A stretch of DNA of 64,000 nucleotides, taken from Rozella allomycis CSF55 (Eukaryota). The position numbers and the translations under genes are program-made. The stretch covers positions 62,001-126,000 of the forward strand of contig KE561265.1 in assembly GCA_000442015.1 (NCBI GenBank), written 5' to 3'. A model generated the notes under the pieces. That model was not told where the DNA came from. It saw nothing but the letters and a program-made list of their open reading frames with translations, and made no database searches. Below, one piece after another: positions 35,852 through 48,875 of this stretch; position 1 is the stretch's first letter, and each line of letters begins with the position of its first letter.

Positions 35852-37216
35852 TTATTTCTGCGTTGGAGGCCAAGGGAAGTCTACATCAAGCACATCTAGC
35901 TCCAAAATATCACATTTATAGTCTGGGCCCAAGAGTGTCCCAAAGCTTGGATTCGTTCTGCCCATATCAGAATGTATAAATTCCTTTATATACCTTATAT
36001 ATAGCTTTTTTAAATACTAGTTACGTCCCCGCTTGCGCTCTTAAATTAAGAATTAAGAAATGAGAATTTATCAACTGTGCTTTGATTTCATAAATAGTTC
36101 TCTCTCGAGTACAAACAGCTCGTCTTGTGTCGAAACAAACATTATTTTACCTATGCAATACTCTCAAAGGTGTTCTTTGATTTAAAACTATGTTCGACAT
36201 TGAGTTTACTCTTTCAACTAATGCTTGATCTAAGTTGCTTTCAGAATGAACCAAACAACTATTATTTTTAGCAGTAAGATTTACCGATATAGCTTGCTTT
36301 TTTCTTCTTCGCCAACCCTCATCTCTTTTGATGCTGAAATTCCATCTACTTCGACTAATGAGTTAACTTTAACTAATTCTCCTGCGTTTATTTCTTGTTC
36401 AATAATTTTATTCAACCCTTCGGGAAGTGCTATAAATTTTGGATTTTTGAGCTCTATAATAAAAGGCCGCCCTTGACCCAACATTTGAACATCAATGTCC
36501 TCTCTTCCCGATGCATTTAATGAATACGCTGAACATTCTGTATATTTTTTGCAAACTCTTCCTATAATGTCTTCAACATTATCTATTCCTTTTTCTTTTC
36601 CTTTAATAGTCCAAGGACTTTGACAAACATCTCTTGAGTACTTATTGTAGCGTCCAGCGATGTATAATGGAAGACAAGAATACTGAAAGCTTCTGATCTT
36701 TAGCTTTGAAAGTGGTGGAATTGGAGGAACACTGAAATATCTTATATATCTTAAACAATCAACGTACTCTGAGAAACGATCATCAGTGATACTTTCCAGC
36801 ACCGTGTTTAGATCTTTTTTGTAAAACTTCTGAAGTTAACCATGATTACAATTATTACTTTTTTGCCTTTAGAAAATGGCAAAATATCGTCCACTTCCCC
36901 GTCATAGGTGAAATGTATCTCAACTATTTTTCGCGACTTTTATGAATAACAACTTGATATATACTGTTTGAATAATTTGGGAATCTATATTTGCCTGTAT
37001 TTTTTCTCGAACTATGTCCTTCAAACTAAAATCTTGAATGTTTTTTGCTAGTCGAGTGGAATGCTCCCTAACATGTACACCTAAAGGAAAGAATAAATGT
37101 AGCTGGAATTCTTTTAAATCGTCTAATTTATCTTTGGTTTGTGGATCAAGTTCAAAGCTTAAACAAGATCCACATATCGCAGTAACTTCGTTTGTACAGC
37201 TAGGACAATTTTTCAT
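35852..37216 (-). CDS. PUS10: tRNA pseudouridine synthase Pus10
   Basis: YIAGRYNKYSRDVCQSPW, ASGREDIDVQMLGQGRPF (catalytic Asp), QRTPLRVLHRR, QAGTYIKEFIHSDMGRT, LDV. Confidence 0.93.
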
Positions 37217-37344
37217 AACTACGAAATTTCATTCTTTCTTTCCCATTCGAAGGAGATAAGAAATATTGAAAACATATTAAATGGCCTTTTTATTTTGCTT
37301 TAACGGTCTACTTCTTGTGGCACACACTTTGAGAAATTTTTTAA

Positions 37345-39131
37345 ATGAGTGATGATCCAAGTCAGCAGATAATTCTGAGGTGTTTGCTAAAACAATCATC
37401 TAACACAATAAAACGAGAACTATCAAGCTTGACTGTACCAGAATTAAAATCTATTATCCGGAAGAACAGACTAAATTTGCCAGTGGGTCCTAAAAGTATG
37501 TATCTAAACACTTTATCTGAAGCGATCTCAGAATCACTCAGACTAAAAAATTTTGACCGGCACGATCAACTGATAACGGCTATTGAAAGACAAATTAATA
37601 TACACAGATCATGCACGCTATTCAAGGCGAGTTACTTTGAATCTCGTGTGAATCGAAACCCTTCCACTGCAAATACATCTGATACCAATGGTCCACTTCT
37701 TGATCCGGCAATGGACCGGCGCCCATATTACATTAATGGCGCTTCCCTAGGAAATTCGGAATGGATAAAGAATGTTATATTTAAACATAATCCCATGGTT
37801 CGAAAATTATTGCATTTAGGTGATGCTTTTTGTCCTAGTAAATGTCATACAGTAATTTAACTAGAATCTCCGATGGTTCATAAACCTGTTGATATTATGT
37901 TCAATATAAAAAAGCCAATACCAAATTCATGCAGAGTGTATTTAAGTTGTGGAATTGTTACCAATGTTCGACAAGGTGATGCCATAGAAATTTCTTACCC
38001 ACACGGCCTTTTTATTAATGTAGATGGAAAACCTGTTGACTTGGTAATTATACATGTTTTTTTCACAGCTGGCATGGCTCGCTCTTAAAACTCCCATAAT
38101 TGCACCATTAGATATTACAAGTTTGATTGATCAGTGCTCCAGCCGTGACCAAGTGGCTATTTGCTTTTCGTACGCATCTTTAAAGGTAAAAAATATAAGA
38201 ATTAAAAATAGGAACATGTGATTCATATTAGTTTAGTAGAAAGACTACCTATAGACCTTTTGCTGCAACAAGTGAAAGATAGGTCTGCTAATGCCGATGC
38301 TACAAAAAAAGACTGTGAAAGTATGCTTTTGTTTTTTCTTTAATAGCCAATGATGAACTTGATTTGGTTTCTTCTACACTTAGTTTGATTGACCCAGTTT
38401 CTTACTTAAGAATGACGTTTCCTGGCCGAGGAAAAAATTGCAATCATTCGAATTGTTTTGATTTAAAGACGTTTTTAAATTCTATAATCATTTTTCCTGA
38501 TTGGAAATGTCCATTATGCTCGTCACCCCTTGACTATGACGACTTGGTTTATGATAGGTAATTGTCATAGATTTCCTTGAAAGTTTTTTAGACTCAATCA
38601 TAAAGCAAACTGATAGTGATACTACTTGTGTTAAATTAAATCCTGATGGGTCTTGGGTATCCCTAAATGAGGAAGTTGTCGCTACTAGTACTGATGAACC
38701 ATTCGACAAACAGAATGAACAAAATGAAATTATTGATTTGACTAATTCTGACGACGATGAAAAAGACTATTCTCATGTATACATCAAAAAAGATCCAGAG
38801 GAACATAAATGTTTGATTGTAAAATTGAATCTTAAAAACTTTCCCAAAGTCTTACAGGATGAACCCGATGACAAAAATGAGACTTTTCTAAATGATGAAT
38901 TTTGTTTTCCATCTTCTAAAAAACGAGTCCCCAAAAAGAACTATTTTATTGACGACGTAAGAGTGTATTTCAGGTACAATTTAGTCGGATGATGAAGATG
39001 CAATTATTTTGTCGTCAGATACAGAATATAAACCTTCAGAAACTAGAATTGCTGAACCAAAATCAAATTTTGGTCCTATTTATCGTATAGATCCCCCTGG
39101 ATCTAAGAATAATCCCATTGTACTCGAATAA
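37345..39131 (+). CDS. SIZ/PIAS family SP-RING (MIZ) SUMO E3 ligase
   Basis: N-terminal LTVPELKSII (SAP-like), PINIT-like PLDIT, LSLIDPVSYLRMTFPGRGKNCNHSNCFD..WKCPLC, LNPDGSW, SIM-like EIIDLTNSDDD. Confidence 0.88.
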
Positions 39132-39175
39132 ATTTTTATATATGCATGCAAAATTTATTGAATTGAGGCCAAATT

Positions 39176-39756
39176 TTAATGATCATACAATGGTGGAGTA
39201 ATGCTGTCAAATGAATCATCAGATTTCGTGTATGCGGGTAATGGTTCATCCGGTAGCGGCACAAAAAGGTTTTCTAAAATAAATACTTACTTTATTTGAT
39301 TACCTTGCTCTGCCTTGAATCTCTCACTTTTAACAATATCTGAAAAAGTGTAAACACTGCTATCTTTAAACAGGACCTTCATAGTGCACGGAGACATTAA
39401 ACCCCCATTTGGATCAGTTCTTAGATTTGCTTTATAAAAAGACGATCCAAAAAGCGGCTCCTTTACCATGCCATCTTGTATATCCAAAAAAGAGCAGGTA
39501 AAACTCTTGAATATAGATAACGAAGGCTTCGCGATATAGACAATACGAAGATTAGTAACATATAGTATTCCTTTTTCTATTGAATAGCTGGCAGAACTAC
39601 CGGGATAACCGCAGAAATAAAAAGTACAAATTTACCTTACCTCCCAGATTCTAGTATTAAAGAAGCGTTTTCTTGTCTTAAGAGCAACTTTTCGCTCTCT
39701 GCCAAGGGTACTGGTTCAAATGTCTCCAAGTCAAACGGATCTCGATTTATGCTCAT
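39176..39756 (-). CDS. WBP2-like GRAM/PH-fold protein with PY motifs
   Basis: GILYVTNLRIVY, EPLFGSSFY, C-terminal LPAY and PPLY. Confidence 0.75.
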
Positions 39757-40077
39757 AGGTACTAAGCCGCATTTTGATTATCGATCAATTATTGGGGATA
39801 ATTTCAAAAAGTAATCATTAAATATGAAAACCAAAGTCCAAGGTGTAATTGATAACAATTTGAAGAGCATTTATTGAAATAATGGGATCACGAATTGGGT
39901 ACGAATATGGTTTTGTTGCTCGCTTAAAATCACCTTGGATATAAGATGATAATAACTAGTAAAATTAACATATCGAAGATTATGATGCTAAGAAAAGAGC
40001 ATTTGAATTTTGGTATCATCGAATCATATAATTCCCGAACTTTCCATCAGTTGGCATCCCCTGCACTTGTTTCCAAT

Positions 40078-40818
40078 ATGACTGACGACTACTCTTCGCA
40101 TGTTTTCTTTTTTGACGTGGACAATACATTATATGCGCAATCTACTGATATCGGATTAATGATGGCTGACAGAATAAAACTGTACGCGACTTCGAAAATG
40201 GGAATGACCGAAGAAGAAGCGATAAAAACTAGTACAAAGTATTACTTGGATTACGGTTTGGCGATTCGAGGTTTATTAAAACATCACCAGATTTGTCCCG
40301 TTGATTATGACGAATTTGTCGATGGAGGTAAAAGAGTCAATTTATTCTTAAATGACAGGATTACCGCTTGATTCTATTTTAAAACCGGATTCCCAGATTA
40401 AATCCATGTTAAATCGACTAAAGACCAGGAAATGGGTGTTCACCAATGCTGGATTGTAATATCTTGGTATAATATTTATTCTAGAAAACATGCTAAAAGA
40501 GTTTTGAGACTATTGGAAATTGAAGATCAATTTGAAGGTATTACGTATTGTGATTATACTAAAATTGATTTTCCTTGTAAACCCGAGTCATCGGCCTTCG
40601 AAAAAGCAATGGCGGAAGCAAAAATTTCGGATCCTTCAAAATGCATATTAGTAGATGACTCTTACAATAATATCAAGAAAGCAACTCAAATGGGATGGAC
40701 CGGAATTCATATTGTTGAATTTGACAAGGATGTGAAAAATCCACCTGCTGGAAAACATTTGATTCACAAATTAAGTGACTTAGAAAACGAGCTGCCACAG
40801 TTATTTAATGCCAAATAA
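40078..40818 (+). CDS. HAD-family pyrimidine 5'-nucleotidase (Sdt1/Phm8-like); an in-frame upstream extension to 39946 is possible
   Basis: FFFDVDNTLY (DxD), YYLDYGLAIRGL, YDEFVDG, FTNA, GITYCDY..CKP, LVDDS..N. Confidence 0.92.
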
Positions 40819-40929
40819 ATTTCTATAAAGTTATTTTTTAACATTCAGCCTATTTTGTGAAAAGAATCATTAATGTTGTGTTATTAAACAAAATGAGTCA
40901 TCATAAAAACATTGCGCATTTTTGCAATT

Positions 40930-41002
40930 GCTCGTTTAGCTCAGTGGATAGAGCGTCGGCCTCCTAAGCCGAAGGTCGCGGGTTCGACCCCCGCAACGAG
41001 TA
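40930..41002 (+). tRNA. tRNA-Arg(CCT)
   Basis: GCTCGTT/AACGAGT acceptor, TAGCTCAGTGGATAGAGC, TCGGC-CTCCTAA-GCCGA, GGTTCGACC, T8 terminator immediately downstream. Confidence 0.97.
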
Positions 41003-41163
41003 CTTTTTTTCCTTTTGCGAAATTTTTTATTGAGGAATGTTGTTTTATTATGATTTAAAAATCGAAAAGGGACTTTTGTTCCCATACAGCATAGCAGCGT
41101 TGATCACATAATTTTTAAAATTTGGAAGTTTTCTAACGTTTTTGTTTACCAAAATTTTCATAA

Positions 41164-43151
41164 ATGGCTGAGAGTGAAATCAGGGAATCCACACTTACTA
41201 GACCTAAAAACTCTGTTCATTTTACCTTCCAAGATCTTAATTATAGTGTAAGTATTAAAAAGAAAAAAAATGCCTTATCGAAAGCTACGATACTGAATAA
41301 GACCATTTTAAAGTCGGTTACTGGTGAATTCAAGCCAGGAAGATTGACGGCAATCATGGGAAATAGTGGAGCAGGGAAAACTTCATTATTGAATGTTTTG
41401 GTAATGTGAAACAATGTTCATTTTATAAAGGCAGGGGAAGTTACGGATGGTGAAATTAAAGGAGAAATACGAATAAACGGTGAAAAGGCAAAAACATCTG
41501 CTGTAAAGAAAGTGTCAGGATTTGTTTTCCAAGACGATTTGATATTGTCAACGATGACTGTGAGAGAAGCGGTTAATATGTCGGCAACATTAAGACTTCC
41601 AGATACCCTTTCGGTTCAAGAAAAAGCTGACAGAGTAAATGAAATAATTCAAGTTCTTGGGCTTGAAAAAGCGGCAGATACTATTGTCGGTGATGCTCGA
41701 GTGAAGGGAATCAGCGGAGGTGAAAGAAAGAGGACTGCTATGNTCATCAATCCACCTGTGTTGTTTTTAGATGGTATTTAATCTTAAATATAGTTATAGA
41801 GCCGACATCTGGACTTGATACGTTTACAGCCTACAATGTGATGAAGACACTGAAGGATGTTGCTAAAGAGGGACGAACAATAATATCAACTATACATCAA
41901 CCTTCTTCAGATATATTTCATTTGTTTGATGACTTAATTTTGCTTTCTGAAGGCCAAATAGTGTATTGTGGACCGGCAGAGAATATGGTTTCATATTTGA
42001 CTGAACATGGACATCCTTGTCCAAAACATATGAATCCCGCAGATTATGTTTTCATGCATGTTTTAAATAACTCTGAAGAAATTGAACAACGTGATAATCT
42101 TGGCAATAAAACCAATGCGAAACAAAATGGCGCTGAAAGAATCCAAACTCTGATTGACGCTTGGAAAGAAACTAAAGAAGCGAAAGCAATAAATGAATCG
42201 ATTGAAAAAGCTTCAGGTTGTGGATTGAAAGATATTACTGTTACTGAAACTGCTGGATTTTCGAAACAAAGCAATTATTTATTTGGTAGAGCGTTTAAGA
42301 ATGCGATAAGAAATAAAATGATTGTCCGAGCAAGATTCGGTCAGGCAATATTCATGGGGTTGCTAATTGGATTAATCTACCTCAATGTGCAGGATTCTGA
42401 TATGCGTGGACAAGCACAGAATAGAATTGGTGCAATGTATTTTATTGCTACTAACCAAATCATGGGAGGCGCTTTTGGTATTTTGGCAATTTTTGCTGCT
42501 GAAAAGAAAGTTTTTCTTCGCGAGTTTGGCGCGGGCTATTACTCATTGTTCTCTTTTTATATTAGTAAAATTTTAGTAGAAGTAATTTTTATTATTCTTG
42601 TTGAATCAGTTGCCTTTTTATGTTCTTTCATCTTTTGCAACAGTTGTGATTTATTACTACATGATTGGATTTCAAAGTCCAGCAGATAAATTTTTTATAC
42701 ACGCGGGGATCATTTGTTTAGAATCTATTTGTGCTGTTGGAATAGGTCTAATGAGTGCCAGTTTCTTTGATGATCTTGCGGTCGCTTTAGCTGTTATGCC
42801 TCCTGTGTTAATTACTGTAATAATCTTTAGTGGTTTCTTTGTAAACAATGGCTCCATTCCAAACTATTTAGACTGGATAAAATATTTATCTCCAGTCAAA
42901 TATGGTTTCACTGCGTAATCGCTTTCTTATTTAATGACAGAATAACTGAAAATGAATTTATTGGTTTAACGTTTAAAAATTGTGTGCCAAGACGTAACGT
43001 TAGATGTGATGGAGAATTCGCCTTGGAACAATTTAGTTTGAACAACGAAATTTCTGTCGCAGAAAATGCCGCCGTGTTGTTTGGTCTTGGAATGGCGCTT
43101 TACATTTGCGCTTACATCGGGATGTGGATAATAACTCGAAATAAAAAGTAA
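41164..43151 (+). CDS. ABCG half-transporter (White/ABCG2-like); a few codons lost at N 41743
   Basis: GNSGAGKT Walker [16 protein letters not shown] signature, [21 protein letters not shown]-terminal ABC2 membrane domain (FLRE..GYY, FSGFF, WIKYLSP). Confidence 0.95.
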
Positions 43152-43170
43152 TAAACAAATCTTTTCTATC

Positions 43171-43920
43171 TCATAATTTATTTAATATCCAGTCGGATGC
43201 ATCAATGAGTTCCAATGATTCCAATTCTGCCTTTAACAACTTTGGCATTTCTGTCTTGACTGTCATAGGATTTGTTTGAGGAACCATTCCAGCCAACGTA
43301 TCGGGTGCTTCGCCTAGTATACAAGTCAGAATACTTTTCAGCCCAAAAATATTCAGAAAATACCAAGACAAGCTTGAAACCCATTTAACATCCATTTCTC
43401 GCGTCTCAATTCCTCTTTGTAACATGCTTTTGAACTGTAATGGCAATGAGAATGGTAATTTAACTGTCTTATATACATCTTATTTACGTTACCTGTAACA
43501 AAACCTGAAAATAGCATATGAATCGCTCCCATTATCAAAGTTTGGGGAATCATTGTAAGCATATTCTTTTGCATCATTTCTGTCATATTTTGCATTTGAT
43601 CGGGATCTCCAAGGTTAGGAGCCTGCTGTTCTAATGTACCATACTTTCCATCTTTAATATCTTTAATCATTTTATCAGCTATTTTTAAAAGAGAATCAGG
43701 TGGTAAAATAACGCCATTCATTCTTAAATTTTTGCATCTTTGTAGGGCATTTCTATAATAAATTCTTAAATTTTATCTACAATTGTATTATGCTCTCTTT
43801 TGTATTGGTTGCTTCTGTTTTCAACAAGTCTTGGACATAAAATGTTATGATTTCAATTAGAAAGACGAAAATTGTTATAGGAATAAGAACCCAGTTCCGC
43901 AAATCGTCATCGAGTTTCAT
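43171..43920 (-). CDS. EMC3: ER membrane complex subunit 3
   Basis: LDDDLRNWVLIPI, MIPQTLIMG..FSGFV, KLPFSLPLQFKSMLQRGI, DVKWVSSLSWYFLNIFGL. Confidence 0.93.
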
Positions 43921-44109
43921 ACTGACAGACTGACGGTGGCTTTGTCTCGAGGCAAATTTGTTCCAAAAAACAATAATAAGTAGACTACAGAGGTTATTTA
44001 AGGCATCAATAATAAANGGTTATTTAAAGCATCAATAATAAAAATAAAGGGGAGAGCCATGTCAATGAATCATTTTTCTTTCTATGCCGGCCTGGAAAGT
44101 TAATTTTGA

Positions 44110-44856
44110 ATGGGAAATTTCCAATCGCATCAGTCAACACCTATACAAGAAATCAACCTCAAACCCAAAGGAATTTACAATGCTGATCACACTTTTTATG
44201 ATCTAAATTTGGTTCAAAAGTTTATCAAGGAACATAAATTGGCACCTTTTAGGTTGGAGCTATTTGGTGATTGTGCAAATACCAGTCATGAATGTCCAAT
44301 TTGTTTCATCAACTATGAAGACCACATAAATGCTACTACCTGCTGCAAAAAACAAATATGTACGGAGTGTTTTGTATCATTAAGACCACCACTTGATTCT
44401 AAACCCTTATGCCCATTTTGTAATTCAGATAGCTTTTTCGTAATTTTTAAAGTAACTATGCAAGTTTAAAATAATAGAATGGTGCAAACGATGCTACTCG
44501 AAATACTACACCAATTTCGTTTGGTAAGCAAATTTATTTATTTAGACAGCCATGATTAAAAGGCCCACAGCAGTTCTTCGCCCAAGAGCTAGATCTTCAC
44601 AATTCGTGACCAGGAGACGAGAGTCAGGGGTTCATAACGCTGTACGAAGAAATACTATCCAGGAAGGGACTATACCTGATATTCAAGTCCAAGGTAATTC
44701 GTTGGGATTTTTTTCAATAGTTTTCAATCAAATCGCAAGTGAAATTGAAGAAATGATGATCATGGAAGCGATCCGGTAAAAATGTCAATTTTTAAATATA
44801 GACTTTCCTTACTTGAACAACAACAGCAACACTCTGATCCAAACGATGATAATTAA
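44110..44856 (+). CDS. Sip5/DA2-like RING protein with predicted N-myristoylation and C-terminal UIM
   Basis: MGNFQS, KLAPF, ECPICFINY..INATTCCKKQICTECF..CPFC, IEEMMIMEAIRLSLLE. Confidence 0.82.
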
Positions 44857-44906
44857 TTATATTGAACTGCAATAAATAAAGTCTTGGAATTTTCCTTTCT
44901 GTCTTT

Positions 44907-45674
44907 ATGGCGACGTCGTCCCGTAAACTTTCTGTATTTTAAAAATTTAAATAGAAAAAATTAAATCCAAGATAGTTGTTCGGTACCTTCCCCCTTCCTT
45001 GACAGAAGAAACATTTTTAAAGACCATCTCTGCACATTTACCAAATGTAACATGGAAAACGTATTTAAAAGACAACTTGTCAGTGTAATTACTCTAATAA
45101 TATAATTAAAAGCAAAGGAAAAAAGTTTTCTATCGCGTATCTAAATTTTAAAACGGAAGAATCAGTTTTGAACTTTGCGAAAGAATTTGACGGACACGTA
45201 TTTGTAGATTCTTCCGGTAGAATTTTTAGTTGGTTGTTATAGGAAATCACTATCGTATCTCGGTTGATTTTGCATTGTACCAATCTATTCCCATTAATTC
45301 GACTTTTTTTAAGCGAACAAATCAAATTGAGAACGATCCCGACTATTTGAATTTTTTGTCAATAATTAATGATGGGGATGGAAACCAGTGTGTTAAAACG
45401 GAACAAGAGCTTTTGGACATTCTAAATCCCAATTTGCAGCCAGGTAAGTATAAAGTTCTACAATAGACAAGAATCAAATTCACTGCATGCAAATAATGGG
45501 AAAACGCCTTTATTGGAGTATTTAGAGCAAAAAAGACAAGAAAAGGCTGAATTATTTATGAATCAAAATTCTGTGGTCAAGAATCCTACCAAAGGAAAGT
45601 CTAAACGGAGAAAACTACTAAAATCAAGCGGGGATAATAGTTTACAATCACAATCACATCACAAACATGATTGA
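44907..45674 (+). CDS. UPF3: Nonsense-mediated decay factor Upf3/Smg4
   Basis: KIVVRYLPPSLTEETF, SIAYLNF, FDGHVFVDSSGN, VDFALYQSIP, IENDPDYLNFL, TPLLEYL. Confidence 0.9.
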
Positions 45675-45923
45675 ATAGCTTCCAATTAGATCGTACTTTT
45701 ACTGAAACTTTCAAGCTGTTAAATAAAGCATGAGATTTATTGGTTTGCAACGTATTTGTATTTCTTAGTTGAGGGATTGCTGTCGTTATGTTTTAATAAC
45801 AGGCTTTTAAAGTGTTTATTGACAATGTCTGTGCTCCAAATATTGTGCTAATAAATTTTACATTAAACGATATAATGCTTCAAATATATTTTGGCGCCAA
45901 GTAAATTCAAGAAATTTCGCAAT

Positions 45924-48807
45924 ATGGTTCAAGGGGAAGAAACCGTGCATTCGCAAATAGCCGCGTTATTTCACCAAGCGCAAGAAGGTCAAATAACGCA
46001 TAGAAAGACGTCATCTTTATTGAAGAAAATTTTGCAATCATCTGACGAAACATTGCATGAAAAGGAATTTACGGCTTCATTTTTCCATATGACGTCTATA
46101 CTGTTATCCGTTAAAAAGCAGGATATATATGTGCAAAAGATGTTTAAATTTATTTGTTCATTTTTTGCGTATGCGTGTGAGAGTGAAAAGGGTAAATTGT
46201 GAGTTGTATGAGGATAGAGCCCGGGGGATCTAGGATGTATAGATTTTTGGAGAATATGATGATATTTTTGCTGCGGGGGACTGAAGCCAAGGACAAGAGT
46301 GTGCGTTATAGGGTTTGTTTTTTGTTGGCGAATTGTATGCAGCATTTGAATGAGATTAGGTAAGAATGTAAGGGAGGATTGAGGAGTGATGTGTTGTGGA
46401 ATGCTATAAAGGAGAGGATGGTGCCGCGGTTGTATGACAAGGAGGCGAATGTGCGGGTGCAGGCAGTGAATGGGATGGCGAGGATGCAAACGTATGTGGA
46501 GGAGGCGGGACATGCACCGATAATGGAGAGATATATTGAGATGATGCGACATGATCCGAGTGCGTAAGAAGGAGATGGGGGTGATAGTAGGGATGTGAGG
46601 AAAGCGGCCATGATGAATATGGATATTAATGAGTATACGATACCGTATATATTGGAGCGCTGTGCCGATGTTGATGTTGGGATTAGAAAGATGTTGTTTA
46701 AGAAGAGGATGAGTGATATTGACTGGAGGTGGTTGACAGTTGAGCAGAGACAGTTGTTGTTGCTGCATGGGCTGACTGATAGAGATGAGATGGTGAAGCA
46801 AGGGTGTTTGAAGATGGTGTTTGATGGATGGATGAAGCATTCAGAGAATAATTTGGTGATAGTAGAATGATTTGTTTATTGAAAAGTAGTTGTTGAGTTC
46901 ATTGGATGTTGTATCGAATGTGAAGGTAGCAGAAGAATTGTTAAAGGGATATTTTGCCACGATAACAAAGCTTCCAGAGCATAATTTTGATGAGAAATAT
47001 TGGGAGAATTTAACGCCAGAGACGATTGTGTATTGGAGATTCTTTTGTGAACATATTAATGATCATACAGTAATAATAAATGATTGAAATGAAAAGGAAT
47101 TGGATGTTGGTGATTATATTCCATCGTTATCGAAATATACAGAATATTTGAAAGTTTACCAGGGTCATTTTAGGAAATCACCAGAAGAGAGTCAATTGGC
47201 TTATGAATTTATAATAAATCAAATGTTGTCAGTGTTGAAAATGCTTGATTTTAGTGATGAAGTTGGGAGAAGAGTGTTTTATGAAGAGATTAGTAAGATT
47301 GATGAATGAATGGAATAGAAACGTTGTTGATGGATGAAAAGAGTGCAGAAACGACGCTTCCATTGTTGGTTGATTGTTTAGAAAGATTGTGTGAAGATGA
47401 GAAAGAGTTTACAAGGGTTATGATTGATATTCTAACAGACATTGGAGAATTAATAGAAAGAGTAAAACAAATGGTAATGATTGAATAGAATGATTTGCCT
47501 AATCAAATGGAGGCGATGACGCTGGAAGAATATTCAGCAGAAGATTTGGAACAACAATCATTGCTGGCGACTATTAAATGTTTGTATTTAATTAAAGTGA
47601 TGCTTCAGAAAGCGAAATTGTCGCACGTTGAGAATGTTAGTTTGGAGGGAATAATTCAAGAGATGATTTTACCTTCAATAGAGAGTGAAATAGCAATAAT
47701 ACAAGAAAGAGGATTGGAGTGTTTGGGGTTGATTTGTACTCTTGATAAACAAAGTTCAATTGAATATATGCCAATATTTTTAAGTTTTGTTAATTTAATT
47801 GAAGATTCTTCAAAAATTAAAGCAATTCAAGTAATTAGGAAATTTCAGAATCTAAAAATAGATTGTTTTTGATTTAATAATTTTGTTTGGATTAAATTCA
47901 TTTCCTGATTGTGTTTCTCCTTTCAACAATGAAACTTTAAATCTCTTGAACGTTTTAAAGAAATGTTTATACAGCAAAGACCCACAAGTTCAAACACTCA
48001 CAGTTCAAGGCTTTTCTAAATTATTTCTATTCAACATTCTCAATGAATCTGAAATTTTAGGTGGTTTGTTTCTTCTTTATTACATCCCTGCAACAAATTC
48101 AAACTTTAAACTAGAACAATCTTTGAACTATTTTATAAATCTCTTTTCTTTCTCTTCAATTGAAAATCAAAGTTTAGTTAAATCAATCTTCATTCAAACG
48201 TTAAAAGATTTACTAACAGTTCAATTAAATTTAGGTAACTTCTCATCCCTCTATTCATCCAGGTGAAAAAGATTCAATGCTCAACATTCAACAAATAGCT
48301 CATCAATTAATTGATTGGACTGATTCAACTAAATGTTTAAAGTAAATCTCATCCTTCAATTCAAATAGAAATCCTTCTTCTATTCAATTATTTCATCCAG
48401 ACTTGGCTCTGGAATTAGCCACTGAAGCCTTAAATGAACCAGCTGCTTACGCTAAACATTTCGTTCAAATCATTTCTAAACTAAAATTAAATCATTCAAT
48501 CAAATTAGAAACTTTAGAATCTCTTCACTCTACTCTCTCAAGTCTTCAACGAGTAACACTCCACTCTCAATCTCACTAGTTTGTTACTGACAAAGTAACT
48601 CAAAATTCTCTCAAAAAGTTAATCTCTTCTATCGATTCAATTCAAATTCATTCAACTCAGAATGATCTCGACAACTCAAATATTGAATCCGAAATTTCAG
48701 AATTACTCAATCAAGATCCAAACGACATCAAACAACAATTAGAAGAAAATCAGAAAATTGAATTAGACGAACTAAGCGATATTTCTGATCTTCTAAATGA
48801 TGATTAA
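45924..48807 (+). CDS. YCG1: Condensin HEAT subunit CAP-G (Ycg1/Cnd3), about 11 introns
   Basis: LRGTEAKDKSVRYRVC, RLYDKEANVRVQAV, HDPSADVRKAA, ILERCADVD, LLHGLTDRD, LDFSDEVGRR, GLECLGLIC, QGFSKLFL. Confidence 0.92.
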
Positions 48808-48875
48808 TGAAATAAAATAAATAAGGCAAATAAAATTAATAACAAATGCCAAGTACAAAAAATATATTTTTATTC

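Noticed and set aside
41735-41750. ABCG transporter (and the SNARE at N 34740) as pseudogenes with missing residues
   Set aside because: The missing codons coincide with single-N gaps, so this is an assembly loss.
45989-46840. 283-aa His/Pro/Ile-rich antisense ORF, and similar antisense ORFs at 34966-35505 and 48977-49564
   Set aside because: Shadows of real genes produced by strand skew or codon bias; no protein-like features.
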